11,447 nt of DNA, taken from NCBI GenBank assembly GCA_046758365.1, contig JBHIAC010000112.1, positions 1-11,447 on the forward strand, read 5' to 3'. Shown here one piece after another: positions 8,325 through 11,447 of this stretch. The position numbers and the translations under genes are program-made. This DNA comes from a bacterium (GTDB taxonomy: Bacteria > Zhuqueibacterota > Zhuqueibacteria > Oceanimicrobiales > Oceanimicrobiaceae). How positions within the stretch are numbered: the stretch's first letter is position 1; each line of letters begins with the position of its first letter. The notes below the pieces were generated by a model. It was not told the DNA's origin, ran no database searches, and saw only the letters and a program-made list of their open reading frames with translations.

Positions 8325-8359
8325 AAGCTGTGGTCTAAGGATCGTGGCTTTTTAATTTT
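8325..8359 (+). terminator. Putative intrinsic terminator hairpin
   Basis: AAGCTGTGGTC-TAAG-GATCGTGGCTT forms an 11-bp RNA stem with 4 G-U pairs, so it pairs fully only on the + strand. It runs into TTTTTAATTTT. Confidence 0.45.
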
Positions 8360-8554
8360 AATCATCCTTGATTTGACAACTTACACTATATTGTTTAATT
8401 AATGGTTAAAAGTTCTAATAAATACGAGATTAATTTTATATTTGTTGCAATTATGATTTTTTATTATTAGGAATTTATAGTTCGTTTATTTAACATTTAC
8501 TGATCCCCGCCTTGTTAGGGCTTTTTATTTTAAGTAGTACAAATTACATTTCTC

Positions 8555-8583
8555 TTGCATTTATTTTAGAATCTTATTATTAT
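8555..8583 (+). promoter_or_regulatory. sigma70-type promoter for the 114-aa hypothetical gene
   Basis: TTGCAT (8555-8560), 17-nt spacer, TATTAT (8578-8583). The AT-rich context lowers specificity. Confidence 0.45.
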
Positions 8584-8659
8584 TTAAATTAAATATAAGC
8601 CTTTTACTTTTAAACTGATTTTAAATGTATTTGAACAAACTTGATAGAGGAACAATATA

Positions 8660-9004
8660 ATGACCGAACATGCTACTAAACCAAAGGCTGTTGTAAAATT
8701 AGACATCGAAACGAATGTACAAACTGGTGAGGGGCGGATATATTTAAAGCAGTTGAATCGAGTGAGCCATGTACTATTTTTGAGAGCTGCGGAAGTTGAA
8801 TTTAAGGGAGAACTGGTGTTGAAAACTGGTTACGTTGGAGACTGTAAAAGTGTGATGCTTTACAAATGCCCAAACGGCTATTTCCTGTTTTGTGACAAAG
8901 CTTTTGGAAAAAATAACTGGTCAGCCATCGGGCAGACTTTCGAAGAAGTGATAGCGAAGGTAAGTAACGAAGAAATTAAGAAGAAGTTAAATGATGGATA
9001 TTAA
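8660..9004 (+). CDS. Hypothetical protein, 114 aa
   Basis: ATG preceded by SD-like AGAGGA. Composition looks like a soluble protein and the ORF is more GC-rich than its flanks. No family recognised. Confidence 0.75.
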   Translation: MTEHATKPKAVVKLDIETNVQTGEGRIYLKQLNRVSHVLFLRAAEVEFKGELVLKTGYVGDCKSVMLYKCPNGYFLFCDKAFGKNNWSAIGQTFEEVIAKVSNEEIKKKLNDGY

Positions 9005-9062
9005 ATCGGTATTTTTTTTCGACGAAGTTGCTGAATAGAAGGTGTAATCATTAAATAAAGTT

Positions 9063-9093
9063 CAGAATTCTAATAAATTTTATTAGAGTTCTG
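9063..9093. repeat. 31-bp near-perfect palindrome
   Basis: CAGAATTCTAATAAA-T-TTTATTAGAGTTCTG; the arms match at 14 of 15 positions. Confidence 0.75.
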
Positions 9094-9238
9094 CAAAATG
9101 AGAAAAACCAGACATGTCATTCAGTAGGAATCTTTTTCGTTTGGAGCACTAACCTGTTATTTCCATTGCAATTGCAAAAAGATTCTTCCAGAATGACAAT
9201 GAGGATTATTTCAGATTTTCGTAGTTTTGCAGAAGTCT
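9085..9238. mobile_element. Non-coding nested inverted-repeat element (MITE/REP-like), 154 bp
   Basis: Outer IR: AGAGTTCTGCAAAA (9085-9098) and TTTTGCAGAAGTCT (9225-9238), 13/14 match. Inner IR: TGTCATTCAGTAGGAATCTTTTT (9115-9137) and AAAAAGATTCTTCCAGAATGACA (9176-9198), 20/23 match. The repeats are seen directly; mobility is inferred. Confidence 0.55.
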
Positions 9239-9263
9239 TTTAATCCATAAGGAAGGAGGAATC

Positions 9264-11324
9264 ATGGTACCTAATAAAATCTGTCAGATTATTATTTCTA
9301 TCGGTCTTATCGTTGCAGGTGTGCGCTGGCAGACCTTTGCACAACAAACTAAATTTACTTCTCAGACCAATTCACAACTGAGTGAGCGTATCGCAAACTA
9401 TGATATGGACGTCAAGCTGGATGTACAGAATCGCTTGATCAATGGTACAGAATTGTTGACCTGGAAAAATAGCACAGCTTTCCCAACCTCTGAACTGCAA
9501 TTTCATCTTTACTACAATGCCTGGCGAAATGATCAGAGTTCGATGTTTAAGTCTGTTCGTTATCGTTCTTTCGATTTCTCTGATTATCGCGATCAGGATT
9601 GGGCCTATTGTGAGGTTCGTTCCATTAAGATTCAGCCTGGGTTTGGTAGGAGTGAAGCTGACCTCACCGAGAAAATGGAATTCATCCAACCAGATGATGG
9701 CAATGAGCACGATCGCACGGTGTTTCGGGTGGCACTGCCTGGGCCGGTGGCCCCTGGAGAAACCATCCACTTGGAAATTCAGTGGCAATCAAAAGTACCG
9801 CGCACGTTTGCTCGTACCGGTGTCCGGGGTGACTATTATTTTCTTGCACAATGGTTTCCCAAAATAGGTGTTTTTGAGCAGGATGGCCAATGGAATTGTC
9901 ATCAATTCATTCAGACAGAGTTCTACGCAGATTTTGGAGTTTATGATGTTAAAATGACGGTCCCAACCGGTTGGGTTGTTGGCGCCACCGGCAAAGAAGT
10001 TGAACAAAAAGATAACGGCGATGGCACCACGACCCATCGTTATTATCAAGAGGATGTCCATGACTTTGCCTGGACAACCACACCGCATTTTCAGGTTCAC
10101 ACGGAGAGATTTGAAGAGCCTGGCTTGCCATCGGTGGAGATGCGATTACTGCTTATGCCCGACCATATTTCCAAAAAAGATCGCTATTTTGCTGCAACTC
10201 GTGCCGCACTCAAATACTACGGCACCTGGTGGGGGGCTTATCCGTATGACCATATCACCATTGTGGACCCGGCTTATCACTCAGGCTCGGGTGGTATGGA
10301 ATATCCGACATTATTCACTGGCGGCGCTCGGTGGCTCTCGCCAATTGAATCGCGCCGGCCTGAAGGGGTCACCGTACATGAAGCCGGCCATCAATTCTGG
10401 TATGGCATTATTGCCAATAATGAGTTTGAACATGCCTGGTTAGATGAAGGGTTTAACACTTTTTCCACCACACGTACCTTGGAACAGGCCTATCCCAATC
10501 CGGTGCTTACAAAGCGATATTTCGAGGGATTCATCCCTATTGTTTTCCCCAGTGTTGCGATTGCCGAGCGAACTCAAAGCGCGGATCGCTACGATGGTTT
10601 CCATTCCACATTAAAATTAGATAAGATGTCCACCATTTCTTGGCAGTATGGTCCGAGGGCCTACGGCTTGAATTCCTATGGTAAACCTGGAATGATGCTG
10701 AGAACCTTAGAAAACTATCTCGGCTGGGAAACATTTCAAAAAATCATTTCGACTTATTTTGACCGTTGGAAATTCCGTCACCCAACGCCGCAAGATTTCT
10801 TTGCAATTGTCAATGAAGTCAATGGCGAGGATATGTCCTGGTTTTTTGAACAAACCTACAACAGCTCCAATGTGTTTGATTATGCGGTAGGTTTAGTCAA
10901 ATCTGCACCCGTGCGGGCGCCTGAGGGTTATATTGAAAAAGATGGCGAGCTGATATTCCGAAAGATTACAAAAAATCGTAATAATCATGATGTTGATAAA
11001 AACAGACAATTTCATTCAACCATTTTTGTTCGGCGCTGGGGAGAGGCGGTCTTTCCGATCGAGGTGAAAATAACATTTAACAATGGTGAAGAAGTTCTGG
11101 AAAGTTGGGATGGTCAGGATCGTTGGGTGCGATTTGACTATCTGAAAAACTCTAAGGTTTCAAAAGTTGAAGTTGATCCTGAGCATAAGCTCGTATTGGA
11201 TGTCAACACCACCAACAATACCTGGACCAGAAAACCTAAAGCAAAAATATCTGCAACCAAATGGGCGTCAAAATGGATGATTTGGCTGCAAAACCTAATG
11301 GAATTTTTCGCATATTTTTCATGA
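9264..11324 (+). CDS. M1-family zinc metallopeptidase (aminopeptidase N-like), secreted
   Basis: 686 aa with exopeptidase motif GGMEYP (10290-10307), HEAGH-x18-E zinc site (10377-10448, WLDEG) and catalytic Tyr in NSYGKP. Signal peptide ends TFA-QQ. Strong SD AAGGAGG precedes the ATG. Confidence 0.95.
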   Translation: MVPNKICQIIISIGLIVAGVRWQTFAQQTKFTSQTNSQLSERIANYDMDVKLDVQNRLINGTELLTWKNSTAFPTSELQFHLYYNAWRNDQSSMFKSVRYRSFDFSDYRDQDWAYCEVRSIKIQPGFGRSEADLTEKMEFIQPDDGNEHDRTVFRVALPGPVAPGETIHLEIQWQSKVPRTFARTGVRGDYYFLAQWFPKIGVFEQDGQWNCHQFIQTEFYADFGVYDVKMTVPTGWVVGATGKEVEQKDNGDGTTTHRYYQEDVHDFAWTTTPHFQVHTERFEEPGLPSVEMRLLLMPDHISKKDRYFAATRAALKYYGTWWGAYPYDHITIVDPAYHSGSGGMEYPTLFTGGARWLSPIESRRPEGVTVHEAGHQFWYGIIANNEFEHAWLDEGFNTFSTTRTLEQAYPNPVLTKRYFEGFIPIVFPSVAIAERTQSADRYDGFHSTLKLDKMSTISWQYGPRAYGLNSYGKPGMMLRTLENYLGWETFQKIISTYFDRWKFRHPTPQDFFAIVNEVNGEDMSWFFEQTYNSSNVFDYAVGLVKSAPVRAPEGYIEKDGELIFRKITKNRNNHDVDKNRQFHSTIFVRRWGEAVFPIEVKITFNNGEEVLESWDGQDRWVRFDYLKNSKVSKVEVDPEHKLVLDVNTTNNTWTRKPKAKISATKWASKWMIWLQNLMEFFAYFS

Positions 11325-11415
11325 GAGAGAATTCAAGTATAGGATAAATATTATCTTCTACATTCACAGATCCAATCAATCTTGTAAATCCTGTTAAAAT
11401 AAAGAGGAGAGGAAA

Positions 11416-11447
11416 ATGAAGATTATTGATGCGTTCTTAGAGGGATT
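11416..11447 (+). CDS. 5' end of a downstream gene (MKIIDAFLEG...), truncated by the window edge
   Basis: Strong SD GAGGAGAGG immediately upstream of ATG 11416; the frame stays open to the end of the window. Confidence 0.65.
   Translation, partial: MKIIDAFLEG

Noticed and set aside
8402..8470. 22-aa hydrophobic mini-ORF MVKSSNKYEINFIFVAIMIFYY (type I toxin-like?)
   Set aside because: No SD, and Ile/Phe/Tyr richness is expected from AT-rich DNA.
9005..9263. Integron attC site or CRISPR repeat interpretation of the inverted repeats
   Set aside because: No properly placed RYYYAAC...GTTRRRY boxes, no direct repeat-spacer periodicity, and no integrase or cas gene in the window.
9372..10734. Alternative ORFs inside the M1 peptidase gene
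   Set aside because: They overlap a gene with complete M1 motifs and have no independent support.

Overview
Bacterial chromosomal window dominated by hydrolase genes. On the + strand it starts with a translationally coupled pair, a DUF1177-family gene and an AroM-family (two-cysteine racemase fold) gene. These are followed by a nitrilase-superfamily C-N hydrolase whose catalytic Lys position holds Met. On the - strand lies a probable operon: a large secreted tandem-amidohydrolase, a second secreted amidohydrolase with a degenerate metal site, and a glycerophosphodiester phosphodiesterase. An AT-rich divergent intergenic region carries two sigma70-like promoters and an orphan terminator-like hairpin. 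After it come a 114-aa hypothetical protein, a 154-bp nested inverted-repeat (MITE/REP-like) element, a secreted M1 zinc aminopeptidase and the start of a further gene. No rRNA, tRNA, CRISPR array, transposase or integrase was recognised. Family calls come from motif recognition only; no searches were run.
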